A DNA stretch of 56,452 bases from Cyclobacteriaceae bacterium (GCA_036525835.1 DATCZR010000138.1:1-56452), one strand, 5' to 3'; positions 37,608-49,766 are shown, counted from the first letter of the stretch. Made by a program: numbers and translations. The notes: generated by a model not told the origin, from the letters alone.

Positions 37608-38237
37608 GTGTCGGCTATTTTTCTTCCCATCCATCCTCAAAATCCAGAGCCTCGAAAAATAAAGCAGGCTGTTGACATTCTTATCAGAGGCGGCATCATC
37701 ATTTACCCCACCGACACGATTTATGGTATTGGTTGTGATTTATTAAATCGAAAGTCAGTTGAGCACCTCTGCAAAATTGTAGGGGTGAAACCCCAAAAGC
37801 TTGACCTATCCTTTATATGCAACGACTTGAGCCATATTTCTGAATATGTGAAAAGAATTGATACTCCAGTTTTTAAGATGCTAAAAAAATCACTCCCGGG
37901 TCCATACACCTTTCTCTTCGAATCCAGTAGTAAAGTGCCTAAAATTCTAAACGTTAATAAAAAGACAGTTGGTATAAGGATTCCAAAACATCCGATTCCT
38001 CAAGAGCTAGTCAAGCAATTAGGCAACCCCATTATTACCTCTTCTATCAAGGATTATGATAAGATCAAAGCGTACACTACAGATCCGGAAGAAATTTTTG
38101 AAGAATTCAAGAATAAAGTGGATTTGGTAATAGATGGCGGACCTGGTGGCAATGTGCCATCCACGGTCATTGATTTTTCTACCGGTGAGCCACAACTTAT
38201 TCGAATAGGCCTGGGCGAACATGATTTCTTTTTATGA
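37608..38237 (+). CDS. Sua5/YciO/YrdC family (threonylcarbamoyl-AMP synthase-like)
   Basis: [28 protein letters not shown]. Confidence 0.92.
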   Translation: MSAIFLPIHPQNPEPRKIKQAVDILIRGGIIIYPTDTIYGIGCDLLNRKSVEHLCKIVGVKPQKLDLSFICNDLSHISEYVKRIDTPVFKMLKKSLPGPYTFLFESSSKVPKILNVNKKTVGIRIPKHPIPQELVKQLGNPIITSSIKDYDKIKAYTTDPEEIFEEFKNKVDLVIDGGPGGNVPSTVIDFSTGEPQLIRIGLGEHDFFL

Positions 38238-38869
38238 AGGCCATAATTGACGCTCACTACCTCCCTTGCCTGGAATATTTGGCAGTCCTTTTGAGTTTTG
38301 AAGAAATTATTCTGGAGAAACATGAACATTATGTAAAGCAGAGCTATCGCAATAGATGCTATATTAATACAGCAAATGGCATTCTAAAACTGGTCGTTCC
38401 GATAACCGACAAGCACAATAAGGCTTTAATTAAGGATGTTCAAATCGACCATAGTTCTCGATGGCAAAACATCCATTGGCGCGCCATAGAGTCCAGTTAT
38501 AGAAACGCCGCTTTCTATGATCATTATCATTATGATATAAGGAGCATTCTTTTCAAGGACTATAGATTTCTATATGATCTTAATCTTGCATTGCTGTCAT
38601 TCTGTCTGAAAGCGATGAAACAATCAATATCGCTGACAGAAAGTACATTCTACGAAAAAGTGCCTCAAAATAATATTGTCGACCTTCGATCCGTTGTAAG
38701 CCCTAAATCTGCCTATTCTGAAAGATCTTTTTACAAACCCCTTCCCTACACTCAGGTTTTTGGCAATAAGTTTGTAACTAACCTCAGCTATATTGACTTG
38801 CTGTTTTGCGAGGGACCCCATTCGATACAAATCCTTAGGTCATCCACCAAGAGGGATTTGAACAAATAA
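38234..38869 (+). CDS. WbqC family protein
   Basis: [34 protein letters not shown]. Confidence 0.88.
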   Translation: MKAIIDAHYLPCLEYLAVLLSFEEIILEKHEHYVKQSYRNRCYINTANGILKLVVPITDKHNKALIKDVQIDHSSRWQNIHWRAIESSYRNAAFYDHYHYDIRSILFKDYRFLYDLNLALLSFCLKAMKQSISLTESTFYEKVPQNNIVDLRSVVSPKSAYSERSFYKPLPYTQVFGNKFVTNLSYIDLLFCEGPHSIQILRSSTKRDLNK

Positions 38870-38995
38870 AATTCGATTGTTGTTTTTAAGCATATGCATC
38901 AAGAATTAGGGGAGTAAAATCAAAGTTTGGACATGATTTATGTCTTTGATTAATCAACCCTAAAACTTTACATTTACACAAAAGGAATTGCATAT

Positions 38996-41542
38996 ATGGA
39001 AGCCAAATTCTCTAACCGGGTAAAAGAAGTAATATCGCTTAGCCGGGAAGAAGCACTAAGACTAGGTCATGATTATATTGGCACAGAACATTTGCTGCTG
39101 GGAATGGTGCGTGAAGGTGAAGGAGTCGCTGTTGGCGTTCTTAAAAAACTTGGCGTACCGTTAGATGAGTTGAGAGGTGAAATCGAAAAAGTCTCTAAAA
39201 GCACAGCGACTCACGATGTAAAAAACCTGGCAAACATCCCCTTGACAAGAGCCTCAGAAAAGGTATTGAAGATTACCTACCTGGAAGCAAAAATATTTAA
39301 GGCACAACTGATAGGAACAGAACATCTTCTGCTCTCTATCCTGCGTGACCCAGACAACCTGGCAACCCAAATTCTAAATAAATTTGATGTCGCATATGAT
39401 GTTGTAAAAGAAATGTTAGAATATCAAAATGATCAACCATTAGCCTCATCCGATACAGACGATCCAGATGAGGATTCTTCAAAAATGTTTGGAGGTGGCT
39501 CCGGAAGTTCTGGCTCCGGAAAAGAGAAAAAAGGTGCGGACAAGTCTCGCACTCCCGTACTTGACAACTTTGGTCGTGACCTTACCAAACTTGCTGAAGA
39601 CAATAAACTTGACCCTATTGTTGGGCGTGAGAAAGAAATTGAGCGCGTTGCTCAAATTTTAAGTCGTAGAAAGAAAAATAATCCGATTCTAATTGGCGAA
39701 CCTGGTGTGGGTAAGACTGCCATAGCAGAAGGTCTCGCACTTCGTATTATTCAAAAGAAAGTTTCGAGAGTTCTATTTGGAAAAAGGGTAGTTACTCTTG
39801 ATTTAGCTTCCTTAGTTGCAGGCACCAAATACCGCGGTCAGTTTGAAGAACGCATGAAAGCGGTAATGAATGAACTGGAAAAGTCAGCTGATGTAATCTT
39901 ATTCATTGACGAACTTCATACCATTGTTGGTGCAGGGGGCGCTTCTGGTTCCCTTGATGCATCCAACATGTTTAAGCCTGCCTTGGCTCGTGGAGAAATT
40001 CAATGTATTGGAGCCACCACGCTTGACGAATACAGACAGTATATTGAGAAAGATGGAGCGCTTGCCCGTAGATTCCAAATGGTAATGGTAGACTCTACTA
40101 CTGTAGAAGAAACCATTGAAATATTGGAGAACATTAAGGAAAAGTATGAAGATCATCATCATGTGACCTACACGAAGGAAGCCATTGAATCATGTGTAAA
40201 GTTATCCGATCGATATATCAGTGACCGATTCCTTCCAGATAAAGCCATTGACGTATTGGACGAAGCAGGTGCCCGAGTACACATGAATAACATTCATGTT
40301 CCTGAAGAGATTGTGAAGTTGGAAAATGCCATAGAAGATGTAAAGAAGGAAAAGAATAGGGTGGTAAAAAGTCAGAAGTACGAAGAGGCAGCCCAACTGC
40401 GCGATAAGGAGAAGAAGCTCATCGAGCAAATGGACATTGCAAAGGCGAAGTGGGAAGAAACTACCCGTACCGAAAAATACACCGTAAACGAAGACAACGT
40501 GGCGGATGTCATTGGCATGATGACTGGTATTCCCACCAATCGAATTGCTCAAAAAGAAAGCAATCGATTACTTGGTATGGGCGAGGAGTTGAACGGCAAG
40601 GTTATAGGTCAGAATGAAGCAATTCAAAAATTGACAAAAGCCATTCAACGAACTCGCGTTGGGCTTAAAGATCCCCGCAAGCCTATTGGTTCATTCATCT
40701 TTCTAGGGCCTACAGGTGTTGGTAAAACCGAATTGGCCAAAGTGCTAGCTACCTATTTATTTGATAAAGAAGAAGCGCTGGTTCGAATTGATATGAGTGA
40801 GTACATGGAAAAATTTTCCGTGTCGCGATTAGTAGGAGCCCCTCCAGGATACGTAGGTTATGAAGAGGGCGGACAACTTACTGAGAAGGTTAGAAGAAAG
40901 CCATATAGTGTGGTGCTGCTAGATGAAATCGAGAAGGCTCACCCGGATGTATTTAACATCCTGCTTCAAGTACTAGATGACGGTATTCTTACTGACGGTT
41001 TGGGTCGCAGAGTAGACTTCAGAAATACCATTATTATTATGACTTCCAACATTGGTGTTCGTGATCTGAAAGATTTTGGATCGGGAATTGGTTTTGCCAC
41101 CAAGGCAAAGCAATCCAACGAGGAAGAAAATATGAAGAGTACGATTCAAAATGCATTGAAGCGAGTTTTCAGCCCGGAATTCTTGAATCGTCTTGATGAT
41201 GTGATCGTGTTTAACTCACTTCACCGAGAGCAGATTCACAAGATTATCGATATCACATTAAGCAAACTATTTGTAAGGATAACAGCACTTGGATATCACG
41301 TTGAATTAACAGAAAAGGCAAAAGACTTTCTTGCCGAAAAAGGCTATGACCAACAGTTTGGAGCAAGGCCTTTGAACAGGGCTATTCAGAAATATCTGGA
41401 GGATCCAATAGCTGAAGAGATTCTAAAAGGTGAAATTGAAGAAGGTGGCACCTTGATGGCAGACCACGATGGCAAAAGCGAAAACCTAGTGATTAAGGTA
41501 AAAAAAGCCAAGGCATCTTCAAAAGAGAAAAAGAGCGAATAG
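38996..41542 (+). CDS. clpC: ATP-dependent Clp protease ATP-binding subunit ClpC
   Basis: Two Clp-N repeats, [11 protein letters not shown] linker (YEEAAQLRD), [11 protein letters not shown] loop. Confidence 0.95.
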   Translation: MEAKFSNRVKEVISLSREEALRLGHDYIGTEHLLLGMVREGEGVAVGVLKKLGVPLDELRGEIEKVSKSTATHDVKNLANIPLTRASEKVLKITYLEAKIFKAQLIGTEHLLLSILRDPDNLATQILNKFDVAYDVVKEMLEYQNDQPLASSDTDDPDEDSSKMFGGGSGSSGSGKEKKGADKSRTPVLDNFGRDLTKLAEDNKLDPIVGREKEIERVAQILSRRKKNNPILIGEPGVGKTAIAEGLALRIIQKKVSRVLFGKRVVTLDLASLVAGTKYRGQFEERMKAVMNELEKSADVILFIDELHTIVGAGGASGSLDASNMFKPALARGEIQCIGATTLDEYRQYIEKDGALARRFQMVMVDSTTVEETIEILENIKEKYEDHHHVTYTKEAIESCVKLSDRYISDRFLPDKAIDVLDEAGARVHMNNIHVPEEIVKLENAIEDVKKEKNRVVKSQKYEEAAQLRDKEKKLIEQMDIAKAKWEETTRTEKYTVNEDNVADVIGMMTGIPTNRIAQKESNRLLGMGEELNGKVIGQNEAIQKLTKAIQRTRVGLKDPRKPIGSFIFLGPTGVGKTELAKVLATYLFDKEEALVRIDMSEYMEKFSVSRLVGAPPGYVGYEEGGQLTEKVRRKPYSVVLLDEIEKAHPDVFNILLQVLDDGILTDGLGRRVDFRNTIIIMTSNIGVRDLKDFGSGIGFATKAKQSNEEENMKSTIQNALKRVFSPEFLNRLDDVIVFNSLHREQIHKIIDITLSKLFVRITALGYHVELTEKAKDFLAEKGYDQQFGARPLNRAIQKYLEDPIAEEILKGEIEEGGTLMADHDGKSENLVIKVKKAKASSKEKKSE

Positions 41543-41559
41543 TATTTATTAAATAAAAG

Positions 41560-41595
41560 CAAAAAATGGCAGGCTTAAACGTCTGCCATTTTTTG
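41560..41595. terminator. Bidirectional intrinsic terminator
   Basis: AAAAAATGGCAG-loop-CTGCCATTTTTT between convergent genes. Confidence 0.88.
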
Positions 41596-41600
41596 TTGCC

Positions 41601-43682
41601 TTAATACCCCCCAAGATACTTGCGGGCAAACCATTCCACGCTGATTAGCACAAGCAAGAAGAAAAAGACAATTTTCAGATTGATCAGCGGATGAAATGAC
41701 TCTTCGGTGTGAATTCTACTTTGTGCTTTAGTTTGTGAAAAGTCAGTTGAGAGTTGATCCAAGTCCTGGACTCTGTAAAACTTACCGCCCGTATTGGCTG
41801 ACCACTTTCTTAGTAAATTGAAGTCTGCAGTTAGGTTCTGAGATTCAATATTTTGTTCAACAACTAAAAACTCACCATAAATTTTTACTTCACTGCCATC
41901 AAGTTCTGTAGATGCATTGTATTTATAAACTCCTTCTTGTAAACCACCAATGCGATATCTAGATCCACCCGGGCTGGTCACATAGTTATGTTGATAAGTC
42001 TCTCCCGTTTCATTAATTAACTCTATTTCAATCTTCTGTCCATATATTTGCTCAAATAATTCATTGTATACTTGACTTTCAAAGACTACTGCTTCAGATG
42101 TCGTAAATTCATTTTGCGAAGGGAAGCACCTGAATTTTCGCTTGTCCTCACGCGTACATAAATATTGAATCAATTTTGAAAATACCTCATCAAATCCATC
42201 CGTCTTTTGCGTTTCAGCAAACTCATCTAACCTCCATCTCCATATCCCATCTCCTAATATCACCGCCATTTTTTGGCTTTCATTTAAGGTGGTATAGAGC
42301 AATGGCCTTTCTGTATTCACCCTTCCAATTCTCTGATAAAGCATTATACTGGCATCTGCCGGATATGAAAATTTTCCAAAAGGAACATTGATGGGTGGAT
42401 AGCGAGAGAAAATATTGTTGATGTTATCACTAAATCCAAAGTCTTTAAACCCTGGATTGAGAATGGGTGTAATGGCATCCCACTGTCCTGGATTTTCAAA
42501 ACTAAGTTGTATACCATTCGCGCTTAATTGGCGAATGTTAGAGCGACTGCCAAGCATAACAAAAATCCCTGAGTTGCTTTCAGCAATTTTTTGAAACAGC
42601 GGCATCGTCTTGCCCCCATAATCCAATGCTTGTTGAAAAATGGCCAAATCGATATTTTCAGGAAGTAATTCCTCGGGCAAGGCTTCTTTAACTCCTGGGA
42701 TGTGAACTTTAAATTCATAGTTCGCATTTTTTTCTACCACCGCTCGTAAAGCTTTAATGTCTGGATGAGGGGCAGATGCTACGAGTAAAATTTTCTTTTT
42801 GCCTTCAACTACATCAATGAAAGCGCTGGCAAAATTGTTTTTCTTATTGCGCTCGACCGCTACCGGCTCGATAGCAATATCAATCCTTTGCAGTCCTTTT
42901 TCACTTGCCTCCAACTGGAAATCAAAATCAAGAATTGATTTATCAGTTGAGTTCTTTCTTTCTCGTGCCATCAATTTCCCATTCTTATAAACGGATGCTA
43001 CAACCACTTGGGATGGCAGGCCATTTATCAATACCTCTGCTCTAATTGGAAATTGATTCCCCTGATAGGCAATCTTGTTGTAATAAACATTTCGCAGCGC
43101 AATATCCACTCTTTCGGTTGTGTCTCCCAAACCCACCGTATACACTGGCACTCGCATGGGAGTATATAGCGGAGAACTGCCTGAATTATAAATTCCATCG
43201 GATATCACCACCAATCCCGTGAGGTTTTTGCCTTCGAACTGTCCAATTTTATTTCTGGTTGCCCTGTTCAAATCAGAAGTAGGTTCGTTGAATTTAATCT
43301 CCCCACTTTCGGATGCGCCAAGAGTTGTGATCTGAACATCGTATCCCTGCGATTTAATTTTATTTGCCGTTGCATCAACTTCAGCGATAATACTGCTCAA
43401 CTGTAAAGAATCGATTCCTTCACTAATTGATACAGAAGTGTCAACTAAAAACAGGAGCGTCGGCTTTTCATAATCATTCAGGGTTAACTTGAGAATAGGA
43501 CCGATTAACAAGAAAGCTAGAAAAGACACCAGCATTGCCCGGAACAAAAACAGTATCCGGTTGGTATTCTTGCCCCAGTTTTGTTTTGAATTGTAAAGTA
43601 TATATCCGTACAACAATCCCAATGCTAAGCAAAGTAAAATTAGTGCTGGCGAGTATTCGAAAAGAAGTCGTTGTTGATCCAC
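41601..43682 (-). CDS. VWA domain-containing membrane protein
   Basis: Two N-terminal TMs, DTSVS MIDAS motif, ISDG, C-terminal TM ending EWFARK. Confidence 0.8.
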   Translation of the reverse strand: MDQQRLLFEYSPALILLCLALGLLYGYILYNSKQNWGKNTNRILFLFRAMLVSFLAFLLIGPILKLTLNDYEKPTLLFLVDTSVSISEGIDSLQLSSIIAEVDATANKIKSQGYDVQITTLGASESGEIKFNEPTSDLNRATRNKIGQFEGKNLTGLVVISDGIYNSGSSPLYTPMRVPVYTVGLGDTTERVDIALRNVYYNKIAYQGNQFPIRAEVLINGLPSQVVVASVYKNGKLMARERKNSTDKSILDFDFQLEASEKGLQRIDIAIEPVAVERNKKNNFASAFIDVVEGKKKILLVASAPHPDIKALRAVVEKNANYEFKVHIPGVKEALPEELLPENIDLAIFQQALDYGGKTMPLFQKIAESNSGIFVMLGSRSNIRQLSANGIQLSFENPGQWDAITPILNPGFKDFGFSDNINNIFSRYPPINVPFGKFSYPADASIMLYQRIGRVNTERPLLYTTLNESQKMAVILGDGIWRWRLDEFAETQKTDGFDEVFSKLIQYLCTREDKRKFRCFPSQNEFTTSEAVVFESQVYNELFEQIYGQKIEIELINETGETYQHNYVTSPGGSRYRIGGLQEGVYKYNASTELDGSEVKIYGEFLVVEQNIESQNLTADFNLLRKWSANTGGKFYRVQDLDQLSTDFSQTKAQSRIHTEESFHPLINLKIVFFFLLVLISVEWFARKYLGGY

Positions 43683-44951
43683 CTAGTAGTTGTATTTCTT
43701 ACCCCACAATTTTCGCAAGTAATTTCTCAGCTCTATTTCCCTCGGGTTTTGCCCGGGATCATAAAATTGCTCGCCCTTTATTTCATCTGGCAGAAATTCC
43801 ATGCTGGTAAAGTTACCCTCATAGTCATGTGCATATTGATATCCCTTACCATAATTCATGTCTTTCATCAATTTAGTTGGTGAATTCCTAATTGATAACG
43901 GAACTGACAAGTCACCGGTTTCGCTTACTACCTGCTGCGCTTTACTAATTGCCACGTAACTTGCGTTGCTTTTTGGCGAGGATGCTAAATAAATTGCGCA
44001 TTGCGACAAAATTATTCTTGATTCAGGATATCCAATCAAAGTTACTGCTTGAAAAGTGCTCGTGGCCAACACCAATGCATTTGGGTTTGCATTGCCAATG
44101 TCCTCCGAAGCCAAGATTACCATTCTTCGGGCAATGAACTTCACGTCTTCACCCCCCTCAATCATGCGGGCAAGGTAGTATACGGCCGCGTTTGGGTCGC
44201 TACCACGTATGGATTTAATAAAGGCTGAGATAATGTCGTAATGCTGTTCTCCACTCTTGTCATAGATAGCAATCCGCTTTTGAGCTACGTTGATCACCAT
44301 GCTATCTGTAATGTCAATATCCCCTGAAACTGAATCGGCTATGAGTTCTACTAAATTAAGCAGCTTGCGTGCATCCCCTCCAGATATATTCAATAGGGCC
44401 TTGTGCTCAGTAATTTTAATATTTCTGGTTTTTAATTGATGGTCTTTGCTCAAAGCGTCATCCACCAGGTGAAGCAGGTCACTTTCATTAAGTGAATTCA
44501 GACTATAAACCTGGCACCTCGATAAAAGTGCACTATTGACTTCAAAAGATGGATTTTCAGTGGTAGCTCCAATCAACGTAATGGTCCCCTTTTCCACAGC
44601 CCCCAATAGTGCATCCTGTTGTGACTTATTGAAACGATGTATCTCATCAATGAATAAAATACTTTTGCCAGAACGTTTGGCCTTATCAATGACTTCCCTA
44701 ACATCTTTTACACCAGCACTGACCGCACTCAACGTGTGAAAAGACTTCTTTACTTCGTTGGCAATAATATTCGCGATTGTAGTTTTTCCTACACCTGGGG
44801 GGCCCCATAGAATCATCGATGGAATATTCCCAGTTTCGATGGCTTTTCTGATAATGCCATTCTTCCCAACTAAATGCTCTTGCCCTATAAGGTCTTCCAA
44901 TTTAGAAGGCCTCATGCGTTCAGCTAAAGGTAGTTGAGCATTCAGTAGCAT
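43683..44951 (-). CDS. rarA: Replication-associated recombination protein A (MgsA/RarA)
   Basis: PLAERMRP, GPPGVGKT, DEIHRFNK, SAFIKSIRGSDP. Confidence 0.96.
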   Translation of the reverse strand: MLLNAQLPLAERMRPSKLEDLIGQEHLVGKNGIIRKAIETGNIPSMILWGPPGVGKTTIANIIANEVKKSFHTLSAVSAGVKDVREVIDKAKRSGKSILFIDEIHRFNKSQQDALLGAVEKGTITLIGATTENPSFEVNSALLSRCQVYSLNSLNESDLLHLVDDALSKDHQLKTRNIKITEHKALLNISGGDARKLLNLVELIADSVSGDIDITDSMVINVAQKRIAIYDKSGEQHYDIISAFIKSIRGSDPNAAVYYLARMIEGGEDVKFIARRMVILASEDIGNANPNALVLATSTFQAVTLIGYPESRIILSQCAIYLASSPKSNASYVAISKAQQVVSETGDLSVPLSIRNSPTKLMKDMNYGKGYQYAHDYEGNFTSMEFLPDEIKGEQFYDPGQNPREIELRNYLRKLWGKKYNY

Positions 44952-45932
44952 TTACAGAATCATTAGTGTCAACGCGAGATTGATAAACAAACCCAAACCA
45001 AGACAAATTAAAAAACTGAGCGAAAGTAACAGGAATTTCGCTATGGTCTTTGCCCAACCTTGTTGATAAACTGATTTCATGGCAATCAGAAAATAGATTC
45101 CAATCACAAAAATGATTACTAAGGAGAGCCAGTCAAAAATAGGAATCAATTCAATAAGCATGGTAATAATGCCTGCAGCAAAAAAGAAATTGTAAAAATA
45201 GATACTCAGCACGAGGTGTTCACTATAAAAAAAATCTCTGCGGATGTAAAGCAACTTTAGCAGCAAAGCAAAAACAGGAAGCAAGAAAAACAAAACCTTT
45301 GGCGTATTGGACGCAAATGACTCGCCAAAATCACTAACAAATTGTCTCTTACTATTCTTGAATTTTTGGTTCAATTGTAATGATCGGTGTTGAATTTTTC
45401 TGAAAAACCACCCGTCTCTTTCGCTTTCAGGAAGTGTAGCCTGGATCGAATCATACTCCGCAATTGTGGAATACTGCTCAGCGGATAGCTTGAAATTAAA
45501 ATTATTATCTGTGGAGTCGCTGGTCTCAACTTTTAAGCCAGCTGGGTCGCTATTCTCACTATTTTCGGTTAGTGAAAAGAACAATAAGAAATAGACGAAG
45601 CTGATGAATACATACATCCTTGCAGGGTGATAATAACTCTCTCTTCTTCCCGCATTGTATTCAATGGCCAGAAAGCCAGGCTTGACTAAAAGATATTTTA
45701 GTGTTCTGAAAAACTTTGACTCATAACTAAAAAAGGATCCTATAAAATTTTCGGATAGCTCTCCCAGTGTCTGTCGCCTGGGTATATTCTTTTGTCCGCA
45801 TTGTGAACAAAAAGTGCCTGTAAGCGGACGGCCACAATTGAGGCAAGTGTCAGACAAGTCGGTATTTTTATTTCTGCTTTCTGCATCCACCATTCCCTCA
45901 GCCAACGGCATTGAGTTGCCAAGCTCTTCCAT
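44952..45932 (-). CDS. DUF3667-like membrane protein with zinc ribbon
   Basis: CLNCG..FCSQCGQ, KPG.L..EY..GRR..Y..PARMY, several TMs. Confidence 0.8.
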   Translation of the reverse strand: MEELGNSMPLAEGMVDAESRNKNTDLSDTCLNCGRPLTGTFCSQCGQKNIPRRQTLGELSENFIGSFFSYESKFFRTLKYLLVKPGFLAIEYNAGRRESYYHPARMYVFISFVYFLLFFSLTENSENSDPAGLKVETSDSTDNNFNFKLSAEQYSTIAEYDSIQATLPESERDGWFFRKIQHRSLQLNQKFKNSKRQFVSDFGESFASNTPKVLFFLLPVFALLLKLLYIRRDFFYSEHLVLSIYFYNFFFAAGIITMLIELIPIFDWLSLVIIFVIGIYFLIAMKSVYQQGWAKTIAKFLLLSLSFLICLGLGLFINLALTLMIL

Positions 45933-45934
45933 AA

Positions 45935-46960
45935 CTACAAAGTGAGTTTGTTTAACACCTCAATGGTTTTCATCATCATATCATCATCAAAATCCAAGTG
46001 AGTAACCATTCTTATTTCCTTGGGCCCGAATTTTAAAGCATAGATATTTTCCTCGGTCAATTTTTTAAGAACATCCTCTGGTGAATATTTCTGTTGTACC
46101 GCAAAAATAACAATGTTGGTATCCACCGGCTTTACTAAATCCACCCAGTCTAATTTCTCCAAAGAACGCCCAATCTCTTTCGCTCTGAAATGATCTTCTG
46201 CAAGTCTTTTGATATGATGATCCAAAGCATAAATACCAGCCGCAGCAAGATATCCTGCCTGCCGCATACCTCCTCCGTACACTTTTCTAATCCTCCTCGC
46301 CTTATGCTCCAAGTCTTTTCGACAAAGCAGCACTGATCCAACCGGAGCCCCCAAACCTTTTGAAAGACAAATTGAAATCGTATCAAAATAACTTCCATAC
46401 TCTTTTGGATCTTCCTGGGTGACCGCCAATGCATTGAACAATCTTGCTCCATCCAAGTGCACGTTGAGCGCATTTTTTCTGCTAAAATCACTTAATGTAG
46501 AAATTTGGTTGAGTGTATAGTAGCTTCCCCCCTCACGAACGACTGTGTTTTCAAGCGCTACAGTCGAAGTTCTTGGAAGGTGGGAGTCATTGTAGTTATT
46601 TATGCTTTCCTGAACATCAGAAACGGATAGTCTGCCACGGTCTCCTTCGACTAATCTGGAACTCACCAAGCTGTTGCCGGCTAACCCTCCTCCTTCATAT
46701 TTGTAAATATGCGAACCTTTGTAGCAAACAACCTCATCATATGGTTGAGTCAACACCTTGATTCCAATTTGATTTGTCATCGTTCCTGAAGGACAAAAAA
46801 CCGCTGCCTCCATACCAAGCATCTTGGCACATTTTTCCTCCAGTTGTTTAATAGATGGATCCTCACCAAAGACATCATCGCCAACCTCCGCGCTCATCAT
46901 TGCTTCATGCATACCCGGTGTTGGCTTGGTCACCGTATCGCTTCGTAAGTCTATTCGCAT
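45935..46960 (-). CDS. ltaE: Low-specificity L-threonine aldolase
   Basis: IDLRSDTVT, GDDVFGEDP, HLDGARLFNA, CLSKGLGAPVGS, GGGMRQAG. Confidence 0.94.
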   Translation of the reverse strand: MRIDLRSDTVTKPTPGMHEAMMSAEVGDDVFGEDPSIKQLEEKCAKMLGMEAAVFCPSGTMTNQIGIKVLTQPYDEVVCYKGSHIYKYEGGGLAGNSLVSSRLVEGDRGRLSVSDVQESINNYNDSHLPRTSTVALENTVVREGGSYYTLNQISTLSDFSRKNALNVHLDGARLFNALAVTQEDPKEYGSYFDTISICLSKGLGAPVGSVLLCRKDLEHKARRIRKVYGGGMRQAGYLAAAGIYALDHHIKRLAEDHFRAKEIGRSLEKLDWVDLVKPVDTNIVIFAVQQKYSPEDVLKKLTEENIYALKFGPKEIRMVTHLDFDDDMMMKTIEVLNKLTL

Positions 46961-47076
46961 CAATTAATTTTTTAGGATATGAAAAATACAAAAAATCGAG
47001 ACGCATATGAGGGATAGTTATCCGAAGTGACGTCAATCCAGTGCTAAGTGGAACGAAACGTATTATTTGGGCTCCA

Positions 47077-47108
47077 TTTGGTTTTTAATAGCTGTCGATC
47101 TACTTTTG
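47077..47108 (+). promoter_or_regulatory. Bacteroidota sigma70 promoter of tRNA-fMet
   Basis: TTTG at 47077-47080, 20-nt spacer, TACTTTTG at 47101-47108. Confidence 0.7.
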
Positions 47109-47183
47109 TGTCCTTAATTGAAGGTGGGAGCCTTTGAATAAAGAAAAAAATTGAAATTGGCCTAAAAACCAACTAAAATATAT

Positions 47184-47256
<73 letters not shown>

Positions 47257-47260
47257 CTAA

Positions 47261-47294
47261 AAACCCCGGGCTCAATTCGGGGTTTCTTTTTTTT
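47261..47294 (+). terminator. Intrinsic terminator after tRNA-fMet
   Basis: AAACCCCG/CGGGGTTT hairpin followed by a T8 run. Confidence 0.8.
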
Positions 47295-47297
47295 GTC

Positions 47298-48179
47298 ATG
47301 CCTCAAGTACATAAATCAGGATTTGTAAGTATAGTCGGAAGACCCAATGTGGGTAAGTCTACCCTCATGAATAAGTTGGTAGGCGAAAATCTGTCCATTA
47401 TAACCTCCAAAGCACAAACTACGCGTCATCGCATTATGGGTATACTTTCTGGTGACGATTTTCAAGTTGTTTATTCTGATACCCCTGGTCTATTGGAACC
47501 CAAGTATGAACTTCAAAAGAAGATGATGAGCTTTGTTCAGGTCTCCCTTGAGGATGCTGACTTGATTTTATTGGTAGTAGAACTTGAAGAGAAATACGAT
47601 AAGGCACTATTCGAACGAATTAGCCATATTCAAACACCCATTTTCCTAGTCATCAATAAAATTGACCTGGCGAAAGGTTCACAATTAGAAGACAAGATTT
47701 CTTATTGGAAAGAACAGCTTAAAGTCAAAGAGATCATTCCGGTTTCTGCCATTACAGGCAAGAATGTGGACAGGTTGTTCAAAATGATTCTGGAAAATAT
47801 CCCTCAGCACCCAGCGTATTATCCCAAAGACGATGTAACCGATAAAAATGAAAGGTTTTTTGCCTCTGAGATAATCCGGGAGAAGATATTTCTTAATTAC
47901 TCTCAGGAAATTCCTTACAGTTCGGAGGTGAGCATTGACGAATTTAAGGACGAAGAAAAAATAATTAAAATCAGGGCCATCATTTATGTGGAGCGTGATT
48001 CCCAAAAGGGAATTCTGATTGGCAAAGGCGGGGCATCTTTGAAAAAAGTAGGAACGGAAGCCAGAAAGGACCTAGAAACCTTTTTCGATAAGCAAGTATT
48101 TTTAGAAACTCATGTGAAGGTGGCTGAGAACTGGAGAAAACAAAAACAGCGACTTAAACAATTTGGATACAGCGAATAA
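47298..48179 (+). CDS. era: GTPase Era
   Basis: GRPNVGKS, QTTRHRI, DTPG, NKID, KH domain (ILIGKGG). Real start ATG 47298; the track start lies inside the tRNA. Confidence 0.97.
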   Translation: MPQVHKSGFVSIVGRPNVGKSTLMNKLVGENLSIITSKAQTTRHRIMGILSGDDFQVVYSDTPGLLEPKYELQKKMMSFVQVSLEDADLILLVVELEEKYDKALFERISHIQTPIFLVINKIDLAKGSQLEDKISYWKEQLKVKEIIPVSAITGKNVDRLFKMILENIPQHPAYYPKDDVTDKNERFFASEIIREKIFLNYSQEIPYSSEVSIDEFKDEEKIIKIRAIIYVERDSQKGILIGKGGASLKKVGTEARKDLETFFDKQVFLETHVKVAENWRKQKQRLKQFGYSE

Positions 48180-48182
48180 ACC

Positions 48183-49490
48183 ATGTCGAATATTGTAGCA
48201 ATAGTAGGAAGGCCCAACGTTGGCAAATCAACTTTTTTCAACCGGTTGGTGGAAAAGCGCGAAGCTATTATGGATGACATTCCTGGTGTTACCCGCGATC
48301 GCCATTATGGATATGCAGAGTGGTCAGGTAAATTTTTTACAGTTATTGATACTGGTGGTTACGTTACCGGATCTGACGATAAGTTTGAGTCACAGATAAG
48401 GAAACAGGTGGAGGCAGCCATTGAGGATTGTACCGCAATTATTTTTATGGTTGATGGTCGCGCTGGACTTACCGGATATGATAGCGAGTTTGCCAACTTG
48501 GTACGTAGATCGATGCGGCCCGTTTTTGTCGCTGTAAACAAAGCAGACACACCTGATAAGGCCACTTTAGCTACCGAGTTTTACGAATTGGGTTTGGGCG
48601 AAGTTTATCCCATTTCCTCCGAAAATGGAAGTGGGACCGGAGAACTACTTGATGAGGTTATTAAGACATTTGAATCTGAAGGCGTTGAAGATCCAGATGA
48701 GGGCATACCTAAAATAGCCATAGTTGGCAGGCCCAACGTGGGAAAGTCATCATTTCTTAATGTACTGCTGGGAGAGGAAAGAAGTATTGTAACCGATGAA
48801 GCAGGAACAACCCGAGATGCGGTTCATTCCAGATATAAAATGTTTGGCAATGACTTTATTTTAATTGATACCGCTGGTATCCGCAAAAAAAGTAAGGTCA
48901 AAGAAGACATAGAATTTTATTCCGTGCTTCGATCATTAAAGGCATTAGAAGAAAGCGATGTCTGTATTGTGCTTATCGATGCAGAAAGAGGCCTTGAACA
49001 TCAAGACATCAATATTATCGGTATGGCCCAAAAGCAGGGAAAGGGCATTGTGATCATGGTTAACAAATGGGATCTGATTGAAAAAGACACGAAAACAGCG
49101 GATACCATTAAAAAAGAAATGATGGAAAAGCTTGCTCCTGCAACCTATATCCCCATCTTATTTGCTTCTGTTTTTACAAAACAACGAATCTTTCAAGTGA
49201 TCGAAAAAGCAGTGGAAGTCTATCACAACAAAACCAAGAAGATTCCTACTTCAAAACTGAATGACACCTTGCTGCCTGAAATTGCTCATTATCCCCCCCC
49301 AGCCCTAAAAGGCAAAATGATTAATATCAAATATATTACCCAGGTAAAGGCTAAAGTGCCAACGTTTGCATTCTTCTGTAACCTCCCTCAGTACATTCAA
49401 ACTCCGTATGAACGCTTTTTGGAGAATAAACTCAGAGCAAATTTTGATTTCGAAGGAGCTCCAATACGGCTTTTTTTCCGCAAAAAATAA
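48183..49490 (+). CDS. der: Ribosome biogenesis GTPase Der (EngA)
   Basis: Two tandem G domains (GRPNVGKS twice, DTGG/DTAG, NKAD/NKWD). Confidence 0.97.
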   Translation: MSNIVAIVGRPNVGKSTFFNRLVEKREAIMDDIPGVTRDRHYGYAEWSGKFFTVIDTGGYVTGSDDKFESQIRKQVEAAIEDCTAIIFMVDGRAGLTGYDSEFANLVRRSMRPVFVAVNKADTPDKATLATEFYELGLGEVYPISSENGSGTGELLDEVIKTFESEGVEDPDEGIPKIAIVGRPNVGKSSFLNVLLGEERSIVTDEAGTTRDAVHSRYKMFGNDFILIDTAGIRKKSKVKEDIEFYSVLRSLKALEESDVCIVLIDAERGLEHQDINIIGMAQKQGKGIVIMVNKWDLIEKDTKTADTIKKEMMEKLAPATYIPILFASVFTKQRIFQVIEKAVEVYHNKTKKIPTSKLNDTLLPEIAHYPPPALKGKMINIKYITQVKAKVPTFAFFCNLPQYIQTPYERFLENKLRANFDFEGAPIRLFFRKK

Positions 49491-49561
49491 ATTTTTCTTA
49501 CTTACGGCCTAATAATATTTCTATCCTAGTATATTTGCAGCCGAATTTAACCCTGTAAACT

Positions 49562-49738
49562 ATGAAAAAATTAATCGCATTATTAATGGTGTGCGGTTTC
49601 GCTTTAACCTTTGTTGCATGTGGAGGTGGTTCAACTGAATCAACTGAAGCAGAAGATCAAGGCACAGAAATGACTGAACCCGCTGCTGACGAACCAGCAA
49701 TGGATAGCGTAGCGACCGACACAACAAGCATGCAGTAA
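49562..49738 (+). CDS. Small acidic lipoprotein (58 aa), absent from the ORF track
   Basis: MKKLIALLMVCGFALTFVAC-GGGSTESTEAEDQGTEMTEPAADEPAMDSVATDTTSMQ; lipobox FVAC, TATATTTG at 49530-49537, own terminator. Confidence 0.88.
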   Translation: MKKLIALLMVCGFALTFVACGGGSTESTEAEDQGTEMTEPAADEPAMDSVATDTTSMQ

Positions 49739-49766
49739 ATTGATCAAATCAATCTGAATGATTGGA